From assembly GCA_025594325.1 (NCBI GenBank), contig JANHCV010000012.1, positions 930,001 to 994,000 on the forward strand: a DNA stretch of 64,000 nucleotides, given 5' to 3'. The notes beneath the pieces are model-generated. The model saw only the letters and a program-made list of their open reading frames with translations, did no database searches and was not told the DNA's origin. This stretch comes from Blastocladiella emersonii ATCC 22665. Taxonomy: Eukaryota > Fungi > Blastocladiomycota. Position numbers and translations under genes: made by a program. Shown in pieces: positions 45,191 through 56,420 of the stretch (position 1 is its first letter; each line of letters begins with the position of its first letter).

Positions 45191-46966
45191 ATGGAACCTC
45201 ATGCATTGCCTTACACCATCCTCGAGCAAGTCCTCTCGCTCGTCGCGCAGCCGCACTCGCGCATCCCGGCCGCGTCCCGCGAGCTCGCCGTCGGCCACGC
45301 CGCGACCCGCATCGCGTGGGCCCAGCGCGCGGCCGAAACCGTCGTCGGACCCCCGACGTCGTGGCACGCGGACGACGACGACCTAGTTAAAACCGTTCCC
45401 ATAACCCGGCTCGTGAAGTACCTCGAGCACCTGCTCCTTTGCAGCCCGCGCTTGGGTCCTGACAGGAGGCCGCGCGACCCGTTCCACGGCACCGTACTCG
45501 ACTGGGTCTTGCGCAGCGCGCGCGCAGCGGGACGGTCCCGCCCGCTGATTGAACTTCTTGTTTACTTCATGTACACTCGTGACACGGACCGGTTCGCCTT
45601 GTTCCTTGACCGCGTGCACACCGAGTGGCCCGACGCGCTGCAGGAGCGGGTCTCCGTTGACCGGTACGCGTGTACCGCCACGACCCACCGCATGCGAGTG
45701 GACCTGGCCACGCAGCGGTTCTACAAATTCGGTGCGAGCGCAAGCTACCTTGTCCGTCTAGTGCCCGCGGAGCTCGATGGATTTGCGGCGCCCGAGGTGT
45801 CCGCGCTCGAGTTCCTGACGGTCCTGGCGCTCCTCGAGTGGAACCCGGCGGTGCTCAATGTGCTGGGCCGTCGCGCGCTGGCCGTCAACGTGGCTGAGTG
45901 CGTAAACATGGCCTGCGTCAACGCCACGCAGCCGATCCCGCTTGAGCGCCAGGGCACGCCGGGCGAGCTCGCTGTGCGCGTCGGCCGGACGCTGAAGTGG
46001 CTGCGCGACGCGTACAAGTAGGAGGATGATGAGTTGCGGCTCTTCGAGTGCGCCATTCCACTTGACTCGGCGGTCCTGCAGTATCTCTTTGACTCGTACT
46101 ACCCGCGCTACAGGCTTCAGCCCAAGGTTGACAGGAGGGAGGCCGGTTGCTTGCGGCGCGTGGACGCGTTAATGATCGAGACGGGCGATGCGGCGTTGCT
46201 TCGCAGAATTTCGAGAATGTCGACCAAAATCAACTTTTGGGCTTGCATTCTCTCAATGATTGACCACGACAATAACGAGTTTGTCAACGCGCTCGTCAGA
46301 TGCTTCACAAAGTGTACCCGCGGAAAGTTCAGCGCGGCGCAGGTCGTTGAGATGGGCACGCATGCAGTGTCGGACAGGTGGGGCCTCCGTTCTCTCGTCT
46401 CACCGCTGTCTAACGGCCACGTTTAGTGTTGCCCGAGAACTCCTTTTTTCGCTACACTGACACCGCGGACCCGCTGCTCCCCCTCCTCACGTTCGCCGGC
46501 GCAGCGGGCCTAGATCGCGTGAAAATAGTCTGTGACCACTTTGCCCCGTGGTTGAACGACAGTCTCCTCCTCCCTCCTCGACCTGATCCTGGCCTTGATC
46601 CGCAGCCGCGCTGGCCCGCCGCTCCCGACTGCTCCGCTGGAAATGCTTCTTTCGATCGTCCCGGACATCAACCCGCACAAGGCCGCACCTAAGGTTCAGG
46701 ATACCATCACCGGAATTCTTTGTGTCGCCCTGCTCGACGAGGAGCTTCGGGAGCAGACGTTCGCGTACTTGTGCCACCGCGCAGGAGAATTTCTTCGAAT
46801 GGCAACGTTTCGCCAGCCGCTCAGGGATGTCCTCGCCGGGAAGTGGTTCAACTGCTCCTGCCCGGTCCCGGCTGATGCCGAGTCAAAAAGTGTCAGGAAC
46901 CCTGCAATGTACACCTCGGCATCACGCGACGTATGTCTTGTTCGAGTCAACAGAACTAATGGATAG
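45191..46966 (+). pseudogene. Uncharacterised protein with F-box-like start, interrupted
   Basis: Starts ALPYTILEQVL...IPAASREL. In-frame TAG at 46019-46021 is followed by an open continuation (EDDELRLFE...). Further frame changes occur near 46430 and 46600. Confidence 0.5.
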
Positions 46967-47062
46967 GTCAAAGTTGAGGAAAATGTACGGTTGAGCCGCC
47001 GTTCTGTAAGTTAGCCCGATGTTGTATTGCGTGGAAACAAAACGAGCCTTTGTTCAATTAAC

Positions 47063-47081
47063 GCGTTGCGCCACACACGTG
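47063..47081 (+). promoter_or_regulatory. Motif GCGTTGCGCCACACACGTG
   Basis: Identical to 50145-50163, and one mismatch from 56402-56420. Confidence 0.45.
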
Positions 47082-47139
47082 TTCGCCGTTTCAAAAAGTG
47101 GGTCGCACTTGCGCGTCGAGAGCAGCCGAGATCTTCTTC

Positions 47140-47540
47140 GCTGACCTGGTCGCGGACCTGCTCGTCGCCGTGATTTGCATTGAGGCGGCCGCGCGTGGCA
47201 GCTCACACGACCTGATTCGGGTCTGCGGAAAGTACATCACGGACACAAACGCCGACGACACACTGTCGGTCGTGCCTCAGGAGATCACAGGTTACGCAAT
47301 CAGCGGCAACCCGCTCGCCGGGATTTTGCGTAAAGCCTGCGAGGTCGCCGCCAACGCCATCGCTCTTGGATCGCGAGGCCGAAGCGCCCTCAAGCGCAAG
47401 CTGCTGCCCGGGTCCGGCTCCAACTAGGTCGCCCACCGCGCGACCGTCCCTGTCGTCATCGTCCGCACCAGCCCCGACGAAGAGCACGACCACGACGAGG
47501 AGCACACGCCAAGCTCGAGTTCGCCGCGTCGCCACTGAAC
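47140..47540 (+). pseudogene. Universal stress protein (Usp) C-terminal fragment
   Basis: AIALGSRGRSALKRKLLPGSGSN*VAHRATVPVVIVR matches the Usp signature GSRG...GSVSxYVxHxAxxPVxIVR. TAG at 47425-47427 stands where Tyr is expected. The N-terminal half is absent. Confidence 0.7.
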
Positions 47541-48653
47541 GGCGCCATCCAGTCGGGCAGCACCAAGACCGCGCAAAAGTCGCTTTAGCACCACCCTTTC
47601 CCTCAGGTTTGGCGCTCTCCATCGATCGCAGAGATAAACACACACATCCTCATTTTGCTCCACTTGGCCTACTGCAAAAAGCAAGATGTATACCGGCCCT
47701 TCACCGCGGGCGTCGGACATGGCGACAGTCCACACAAGAGCGCGACCCAGTGTACCCGCAGCACGCGCATGAGCGACGCGCAGTTTTTCACGCCGCTCGC
47801 GAGCGTCCTGCGCTTGCTCGAGTCGCGTCCGAGTGCGCCGGGAGCAGCCGCCGCTTGTGCGAGGCCAACAACGAGGGGTGGCCGACTGTGTCCTAACCAT
47901 CTCTTCTCCCGCGTCTTTCAGGTTACTGATGTGAATTTGGGTGAGATGCGGCGAATCTATATTTGAAGTTGAATCCGACCTCGACAGATGAGCCTTGAAC
48001 CACTCGCAACTGCAGTTTTTTTCGTCTACTACTTTGGCTGCGTGGCGAATGTGTTGCGAGCAGATGCTCAGATCAGTCGATGCCCAGGGAAGCGGCCGAG
48101 AGCAGGCAATCAGTTACAAAGCTGCAATCATTTACAAAGCTGCTCCGAAGATGTGACGAGCGCCGTGCACGTGAGCGACTCTTGAATCACACACGTCGTT
48201 TCCCAACCAGGCGTCTTCACCATGGGATCAGGGCTCAAGTGACCCAGATCCAACAGCTTCAGTCAATCCAGTCGAGCAAGATGTCGCTCGCCGACACAGG
48301 GCTGCCGTTCGGGCTCAACCGCCGGGCTACGGGATCGGCAGCCGTCAGCCGGACGCCGGGCGGCTCAGCAAGGATGCATAAAGTGGGCGCGAGTATACAT
48401 TGCAGCAAGCCTTGAGTCGGTTACATGGAGAGTGTGCGATGGAGGGGAAGCGAGAGGGCTGCGGGCAGCGACAAGTGTCACGACAGCGCGCACCATCACG
48501 CGAAAGTGAAACGGGACGCGACGCTCAGCCCAGAACCCCTGGTTCGCCGCAGCACTTAGCCCCCCTGGTTCGCCGAACGCGTGTCCCACGCTTTTCGCTC
48601 CCTGCCTTGAGCCCGAGACGCATGCAACATACGAATTTGAATGAATCAACTCT

Positions 48654-50027
48654 ATGCGAGCCACCATGCGCATCCCGTACGGCATCGTTGAGCGGGCCCT
48701 TGAACTCGCGGTTTACGCGAGCGACCCAGGCGACACCGCCGCGATGCTCAATTACCTCCGCGTTCTCCCACGTGTGCACGGTCAAGCGGTGCACAAGGCT
48801 GTATTGTGCCACGCGACGGCCTTCTCGATCGACAAGGCGAGCGAGGCTGGCCGCATCGCTGTCCTCGACGAGTGGGTCCGCTCGGGTTTGCCGCTCAACT
48901 ACACCAAGAAAGCCCTGGTCAATGCCTGGCTCAATCACCACTACGACGTTGCCGCTTGGTGGCGAGAGTCCGGACTCCCGCTGAAACTTGATCCGGGCGA
49001 GGTTCCTCTGCTATGAATATCCGAAGCCGTAGAAGCTCACGCTGGCGCAGCAAAAAAACGGTACAACTTTGCTTTGAAGCTCGTAGCCGACACCCGTCTG
49101 ACTTGTTGTTCCCAATAGGTTCATGGCTGCGTCCTGGCGACCACTGGCGACTTGTCCATTCTCGATACTTATGACCAGCTTGCCTCGGGCGCTGATAATC
49201 GGCTTCACTTCATGTACGTGCGGCTCACCCAAGGTGGAGCCAAGCTGATTGCCCACCTGCTTTCGGAGGAGCCCGGTTGCATCGTGGACACGATTTCCTT
49301 CACGGACTCGGTGATCACCTTGCCGCTCATCCAATCGATGCGCCTCCCTCCCTCCATGCGTGTGGTGATTTTACGGAGGATCCCCATCGACTACGAGGCC
49401 GAGTTCCTCCGCGGCCCGTGGCTTCCCGAAGGCGTCGAGTCGCTGGCCCTCAAGAACATTTACTTTGGTCGCGGCATCGGACTCGACTTGCTGCCCTCAA
49501 CTTTGGCGGTGCTCGAGATTACCGGGTGCGAGCTGCCGCCTGCTGCAATGCGCTCGCTTGCTCGTGGTCTCCCGCAGCGCCTGCGAACGCTCTCAATCGA
49601 TCGCACGCAACTGGACGATGACGGCGAGGATGGTGAGCCCGGGCAGCCCGCCGTTCACGCTCTCGCCGCACGCATGCCGTCAACTCTTCAAAAGCTCACG
49701 CTGACGAAATGCGGCCTTGATACGCCAGACTTGGTCGCAGTTCTCGCACAAGCATTTCCGGAAACGCTGCTCGAGCTCGATCTCTCGGGCAACAAGTTGG
49801 CTCTGGCAAGTGTTGAAGCACTTGCACCTGGCATTCCCCGTTCGCTCAAGACGTTGTGTCTCAAGAACTGCAGTCTCGATGACAAGTCGATCAAGGTCCT
49901 CATCTCCTCGCTATCGCCCGAGTTTGCTTTGCTCCAAGTCGCGAGAAACCGCATGATCAACCACTCGAGCGCACGGGATTTCTTTGCCAAGCAGTGTCCC
50001 AACGGCAACTATGATAGCTCGTCTTGA
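48654..50027 (+). pseudogene. F-box-like/ankyrin-like/LRR family member (disrupted, or using a weak splice donor)
   Basis: Starts IPYGIVERAL...AGRIAVLDEWVRSGLPLNY...WWRESGLPL, then TGA at 49014-49016. An acceptor near 49118 opens an LRR frame to 50027. The family-position donor at 49061 is out of phase. Confidence 0.6.
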
Positions 50028-50144
50028 ATCATTTGAACGATGAGCTTGTCAATACACTCTTCTAATTCATTGCGCGACAGCTGTATTTGGGTTGTCTGCT
50101 CCACGGCTTTAGGACCTGTGTCCAAGCAGTGAGAATTCAAAGTC

Positions 50145-50163
50145 GCGTTGCGCCACACACGTG
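50145..50163 (+). promoter_or_regulatory. Motif GCGTTGCGCCACACACGTG
   Basis: 100 bp upstream of the family ATG at 50263. Confidence 0.45.
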
Positions 50164-50262
50164 AGCGGTTTCAGCGTGCGAGCCTCGTTCGTTCGCTGAG
50201 CGCAGCCGGGTTCCTCCTCCGCGACCCCACCTGCCATGCATCACACACGCATCGAATGAATC

Positions 50263-51603
50263 ATGGACTTGGTGCAACCTAAGCTTGCCGTGGCCGACAT
50301 CATCGAGGCCGTCTTGGTTCGCGCGGTAAACGCGCACCCGGCCGACGACGTGTGCGCGATGCGCCCGTACCTCAACGTGATGCCTCGCGCGTCCATTTTG
50401 AACGTCACGCGTGCCGTTCTGCGGCGCTGTCCGAGCCTCAGCGTCAAGCACGCGACACGAACAGGAAACCTGGCTCTCTTGGAGCTGCATCGAGACTGCG
50501 GCATGGACTTGACCGTGGATCCTAATGACGCTCTCGAGGCGCTAAATCAGGACATTTGACGACGTCGTCGCTTTCTGGCGTGCGCACACGTCGTCCGTCA
50601 CCTTACAGTTCATTACGCCCATGCAGCTGCGCGTGGCGCTCGATACTACGCGGCTGGACAATAGGAATTCGCCAGCATCTGGCCTCGCACCTGGCGATTT
50701 AGCAGCGATTGCAGCCTCGGATGCCATTTCGCCGGGACAAAGCGAATCAATTGATATACAGCAGCGCCGGATGACGCCCCATCTCACAAACTTGTGCCGA
50801 CTTGAGCTGGAGAGTTGCCTCCCCGCTGCAGACACGGTCAGCGCGATCATTGCTGCGCTTCCCGACTCGGTCAAGGCGCTGGTCCTGAACAACAAAACAA
50901 CTTGATCGATGATGCCGTGTCGAGTGCGCTCGCTGGTCGCGCACTTCCGGGTCTGCGCGAGCTCCGTCTTGCGTGGACCAGTCTGAGTCCAGAACAATTA
51001 CCGGCCCTGGCTGCAGCACTTCCTGCCACGCTTACCACGCTTGATTTTGAAGGCAACTTTGGTATCGACGAGGGGCTCGCTGGATTCATGGAGCAGGCTA
51101 GTGCAAAGGCCACGAGCTTTGAAGCACTTTGCATTGGCAGGATGCCGCTTTCCTCGCTCGATGTGGTGCGATTCGCACGAGCTCTCCCAGCGACGCTCCA
51201 GCTGCTCGACCTTCAGGGCGGCACGTTTGCCTTAAGCGCGCTGGCGCAGCTCTTCGCTGGACTTCTAGCGGAACGGATTGTGCATTTATGACTCCACCTC
51301 GTCAAAATCGACCGAGATGCGCTCGAAGCTCTCGTCACGCTTGTTCAGCGTGCGCCCTGCCTCGCCTTGTTGGATGTGGGCTTTGCCCAACTTGACAACC
51401 GATCCATGGCGCAGCTCATCCCAGCACCCCCCGATTCCCTCGAGGCCTTCATCTTTATGTATAACCGAGTGGACGACCATGTCGTGGAGTTGCTCGAAGC
51501 GCGTGCACTCCCCAAGTTGACCTGGGTCCAAGGCATCTCTGCGCACAGCAGCGACGTTGGCCTTGCTCGGCTGAAAGCATTTCAAGTTGCGCGGTCAAAC
51601 TGA
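50263..51603 (+). pseudogene. F-box-like/ankyrin-like/LRR family pseudogene
   Basis: Starts VADIIEAVLVRAV...TGNLALLEL. LRR segments LPDSVKALVLNN and LPATLTTLDFEGN. Frameshifts near 50550 and 50895, and in-frame TGA at 51289-51291. Confidence 0.7.
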
Positions 51604-51716
51604 GGCGGCCTTTTCTTTGTACAATCACCAGGACGCAGCATGTTTCCCCTCGAATATATCGCCATATCATTACTCCCAGCATCTTCTGATGGTTGTGTCG
51701 GACTAGGAATATATGC

Positions 51717-53096
51717 TTACATTTTGATCATGACACGGCGGTCGAGCACCATGTAGCGCAGGATCACGACAAACACGCCGCCGAGGATCATCGTCGCACC
51801 CGCGAACCCAATGGCCGGCGCAAACTGCCCGCTCGGCAGCGAGCCCTTGGACTCGCTGATGAGCGCCGTGGCAATGGGCGTGCCCGCGGCGTACCCCGGG
51901 ATGTTGCTCGTGGTCATGAGGCCCAGCGTCGACGCGAGCGTCGCCACACCGAAGAGCTGCGCGACGCAGCTCGGCGTGATGCTGAGGAACCCGCCGCTCG
52001 AGAACCCGTAGATGCCCGCGAAAATGTACAGCCACGCCTGCGAGGTGCCGCCGAGCATCCACGTCGTCAGCACCGAGACGCCAGAGGCCAGGATCGACAG
52101 CGCGAGCGACGTGACGTTGCCAATGCAGTCCGCGATCACGCCCATGGACACGCGGCCGAGGATCGACGTGATGTTGAACACGGTGAGCAGCGCGCTCGCA
52201 AAGGCCGGCGAGTGTGGCGTCGCCTTGGCCACGTAGGTCGGGAGGAGGTACGGCGGGACCAGGAATCCGAACGTGTTGAGCGCGAGGCCGATGTAGAGGA
52301 GGATGAAGCGCTTCTCGCGGAACAGGGCGAGGTTGAGGAGCGGCGGCGCGGGCGCACCGCCCGTGCCGTTGGACTTGGACGGAGCAGCGAGACGCGGGCG
52401 CGCCAGCAGCGCAGCGATTGCGAGCAGCGCAAAGTTGATGGCGGCGAGCACGCGCAGGGTCCACGCGACGCCGACGCTCGGCATGATGGCCTGGATCAGG
52501 TTGACGCTGACGAGGCCGCCGACGCCCGAGCCCGCGACCGAGATGCCGATAGCGGTCGAGCGGCGCTTCTGCCACCACTGCGCGACGAGTGCGAGCCCCG
52601 GGTTGAGGCCGAGCGAGCACGAGACGCCGTACAGCACGCCCTGCGTCAACAGCAGGTGCCACACCTGCGTCGCGAAGCTGGCGAGGAGCAGCGAGACGCC
52701 CGAGACGACGGCGCCGAGCGCGAGCGTGTTGCGGAAGCCCCACGACTCGGCGAGGCGGCCCGAGAAGGGGCTGGCGACGGTCATGGCGACGGGCGTGAGG
52801 GTGCCGATCAGCGAGATGACCGAGAGCGACGCGTCCGGGTACTCGACCGTCTTGTACTGGGCGGCGAACAGGCCGAACGAGTTGACGATCCCAAACACGG
52901 CGTAGAAGACGAAGAAGGACACGGCAACCTGCGACCACGCCTTGAACCCGCCGTCGAGCTGGTCGAGCGCGGCCTGATCATCGGCGGCGCTCGCCTCGAG
53001 GAACGCGGCCGAGTCTTGTTTCCGGACAGCCGTGTCGGCGTCGGCGTCCATGGCCGGCGGCACGGTCGCGTAGTCGGTGCGGGTAGTTGATGTCAT
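51717..53096 (-). CDS. MFS monocarboxylate-type transporter (MCT/SLC16, Mch-like)
   Basis: DGGFKAWSQV N-terminal motif, WWQKRRSTAIGISVAGSGVGG, ILGRVSMGVIADCIG, and about 12 TM segments. Confidence 0.92.
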   Translation of the reverse strand: MTSTTRTDYATVPPAMDADADTAVRKQDSAAFLEASAADDQAALDQLDGGFKAWSQVAVSFFVFYAVFGIVNSFGLFAAQYKTVEYPDASLSVISLIGTLTPVAMTVASPFSGRLAESWGFRNTLALGAVVSGVSLLLASFATQVWHLLLTQGVLYGVSCSLGLNPGLALVAQWWQKRRSTAIGISVAGSGVGGLVSVNLIQAIMPSVGVAWTLRVLAAINFALLAIAALLARPRLAAPSKSNGTGGAPAPPLLNLALFREKRFILLYIGLALNTFGFLVPPYLLPTYVAKATPHSPAFASALLTVFNITSILGRVSMGVIADCIGNVTSLALSILASGVSVLTTWMLGGTSQAWLYIFAGIYGFSSGGFLSITPSCVAQLFGVATLASTLGLMTTSNIPGYAAGTPIATALISESKGSLPSGQFAPAIGFAGATMILGGVFVVILRYMVLDRRVMIKM

Positions 53097-53648
53097 GGTG
53101 GTGGGGACGTTGCTTCGTGGTCGCGGTTGTGATGGGGAGCCCTGATTCGAGTCGCGGGGGACCCGGTCCCTTATGTACGCGACACGCGTCGCCCTGCGAG
53201 AACAATGTGAACCGGCTCACGGCCTATCGGATTCACCAAGTTCCGGTGGCCGCATCGCCTTTTTCCGGCGGTCGAGTCGACGGGCGTCGATGAAGCCGAC
53301 GGGAGCGCGAGAACCCGCGGATAAGGCGCGCAGCCTGGGTGCGGCACCCGCGTGGCTGGGACAGGCGGCCCCCCGTGTTACCGCGCTGCGCCACAGGTAC
53401 AGTCAGCGCCCCTCCCTGGCCATCCCTGGCCATGCGTGATGCGGCAACGCGGATCCACGCATTCGAGTCGAGTGACCCCCCGAGTTGTTGATCGTCAACA
53501 AGCGCCCGTTGCGTATCTGATGGTGACGCATTTCGTCGGGCGGGCACGGCGGGCCTTGCCGACGAAAAACAGCGCACTCAACGCGCTGTAGTTCGCGCCA
53601 ACCCGCAGTCAAGTAGTCGAGGGAGAGAGCAAAAGTGTCTCGCGGCAG

Positions 53649-53671
53649 CACGTGATAAATCGACGCGTCTC
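53649..53671 (+). promoter_or_regulatory. Bipartite motif CACGTG-N7-GACGCGTCTC
   Basis: CACGTG ATAAATC GACGCGTCTC, about 550 bp upstream of the MFS gene and just past the LRR gene stop codon. Confidence 0.5.
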
Positions 53672-53756
53672 ACAGCTGAACGAATGCGACCAAAACTGCT
53701 CGGACATTGGATAACAAGGAAAGAGTAGATTAGGTTACAGATAAAATCCAGGGGAC

Positions 53757-56174
53757 TTAATCCATGTCAGAGTCTTCTTCGAAAGGATCGCCGTCGCTCC
53801 CACTGTCCTCCTTGTAAACTAAATCGTCCAAGTCGGGTTCATCCGAGCCAGGTTCCTCTAAATCAGATTCACTAGGCTCGTACCGGGCAATCTCTAGCTT
53901 GGTGAGCGACTTTGGCCCGGCGTCTCGAATCGCTTGCCCGCCAACGTCAGGCGAAATATCCGTATCATTAAGCAGGAGCTCCCCGAGGGCAGGCGGCATG
54001 TGCTGGGCGAGAAAGTGTGCACCGTTGTCCGTGAGCTCAAAGTTACCACGGAGATCGAGAACTCGAAGCGTCGCAGGCAGGACTGGCGCAAGCATAGCAA
54101 TCGCATTGTCATTGACGAGCGTGGACCTCAGGCACAGCGACTCGAGGCGAGGTGGGATGTTCTGTGAAAGCACTTGTATCCCATGTGCACCAATTCGATT
54201 AAGTTTGAGGTCAAGGTGCCGAAGCGTACGTGGCAGTCGGCGAAAAAAGTAGGTTGCAGCATTATCACGCAGCCCTGCAGGCCCAACATCCAAGGACTCG
54301 AGGCCTGCAGGAAGGCTCTGCGCGATTAGTTTGGCGGATTTAGGCTCGCAGCAGTCAACGTTGGCTGCGAAGCTGAAGCTGCGCAGCGATGACGGGAGGG
54401 ACGCGAGAAGGGGACCTACACTTTCCCTTGATACACCCGCGCCGCCGAGGTCCAGTAAAAGCTCCTCAAGCGCCGGCGGTAGGTGGCGGGCGAGCGTGCG
54501 GGCTACTTTTTCTGTGATGCCGACGTTGCCCCCAAGATCGAGCACTCGAAGCGTCGCAGGCAAGGCGGGCGCGAGCATAGCGATTGCATCGTCCGTGACG
54601 AAATTCTTTCGCAAGGAAAGTGTCTCAAGGTGAGGCGGCATGCTCTGTGCCAGTGCTCGCAGTGCATGCGTGCCAAGTTGGTTGAACTCGAGATCAAGGT
54701 GGCGAAGCGTACGCGGCAGTCGCCGAAACAAGTAGGCGGCGGGACTATCGCGCAGGCCAGAGGACCCAAAGGCAAAGGATTCAAGGTCTGCGGGAAGGCT
54801 CCGCGCGAGCAAATGGACCGTTGCGGCCGCGCGGCAGCCAATGTTGGCCGAAAAGTTAAAGCTTTGCAGCGAAGCCGGAAGGGCATCAAACAGGTAGCGG
54901 AGACTGGTATTCGAAATGGACGTGCAATTGAGTCCCAGAGTCACAAGATTCGGCAGCATCGCGTCAGCAAGAGCACGGGCGGCGTTCGTCTGAAGCCTGG
55001 TCCAGCCCATGTCGAGCTCCTTGAGGGACGAAGGAAACGACCAGCGGACGGTTGTCTTCGGTTCCTCGAACTCGAGCATGTTATGGGGAAGGCTTAGACG
55101 TTCAAGGACGGGCGGGAGATGCTGGCAGATCGAAGAGAAGCCCAGAGCCGTGAGCTTGTTTCCCCCGAGGTCAAGCGACGTGACTGACAACGGAAGAGCA
55201 TTCACAATTTCGAGAACAATGTGATCACCGTATTCGTTGTGATTGATGCTGAGAGACTTGAGAGAGGGTGGCAGCCGCTGGAGGAACCGAGCTCCAAGGT
55301 GCGGATCCGCCAAGTTGCGTGAAAAGTCGAGATGCTCGAGATTGGGCGGCCACTGCCACGAGTCAAGCAAGTGTTCGTTGACAGCCTTGAGAATCCACGA
55401 GTGGCTGAGTGTAAGCGAAGTGAGCGTCGACGGGAAGCGGAAGCTGGCAAGGCGCTCGCAGTCAATCGTACTGCCCTCCAGGTCAAGCGAGCTAAGCGCC
55501 TGTAGCGGACTCGCCATGGCGGCGTTGAGAATTTCGATCCCGGCTATAGTGACGGGCTGGTAACGCAAAGCGAGCGCCGTCAGCGTGCCCGTCGCAATTG
55601 CGCGAGCGGCAGACTTTATCCCCAACCCGGTTGGAATGCGGCCGAACGAATCCTATTCGGTACATGTCGCAAACCACAGCGTGAGTTGTCAAAGTAGAGC
55701 TCCTGAAACCACTAACAAATTCCATACCGCTCCATAGCAGTATCGCTTGTGATGCTCGGGGTGAGGGAAGCCCAGCGCGGCACGCGCCAAGTCGTCGCAC
55801 TCGCCTGGGCGGACCATGGGAAGCGGAGGGCCAAAGTCGCGAAGCCAGTCGAGCGTCCGCAGCGGGAGTGCGCAAAGCATCTGGTTCGAGTACCGAACAG
55901 GGACGCCGTTTGCGACGAGTTTGTTCAGTAGCGCGACGTGGCCTGCCTGCAGGGCGTGCTCCACAGTGTGGAAGCTTGAGTGGCGCAAGATGGCCCTGTG
56001 AGCACGCGGGATAAGGCTAGCGTGTGCAACGTGGGCGATTTGCAGGAAGCCGTCCAGGTCATCACGGTCGAGCGACCAGACTGCGTAGCAGAGAACGCGG
56101 TCTATGACCTCGGGGGTGTTGAGAGCAGCTCGCCTCGTCCTTTGCATCAGCTTCATGGGAGGTTTCGTTGACAT
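53757..56174 (-). CDS. F-box-like/ankyrin-like/LRR protein (intact, long), about 780 aa
   Basis: Exon 1 is 56174-55728 (LNTPEVIDRVLCYAVW...AGHVALLNKL), followed by a phase-0 intron at 55727-55653. Exon 2 is 55652-53757 with many RNI-like LRRs and an acidic tail. Confidence 0.82.
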
Positions 56175-56401
56175 GGCAGGAGGGAGAAGGAAGGAGGACG
56201 AGGCCTCGAGGGCGGCGAACAACGCCCGGCGGCGCCGCACGAGAACGCCGAACCATGGTCATGTGAGTGGCGCTCGGAACGTGGAACGCGTTTCCCGGGC
56301 TGATCGTCAGGCTGATCACCAAGTTAATCGTCAGGCTCTAAGTTAGTGGTTTTGATGCTTCCGCGACAGGCCGCAGCCGCCTGGCTTGGATTGCGAAGGT
56401 T

Positions 56402-56420
56402 GCGTTGCGCCACTCACGTG
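56402..56420 (+). promoter_or_regulatory. Motif GCGTTGCGCCACTCACGTG
   Basis: About 230 bp upstream of the ATG at 56174. Confidence 0.45.

Noticed and set aside
3114-47427. Several in-frame TAG codons (3114, 33820, 46019, 47425) suggesting stop-codon reassignment
   Set aside because: In-frame TAA (3520) and TGA (23980, 49014, 51289) also occur, alongside frameshifts. Conserved genes (UBE2O, UBX, ACBP, subtilase, RRM) end in TAG. Pseudogenisation explains this better.
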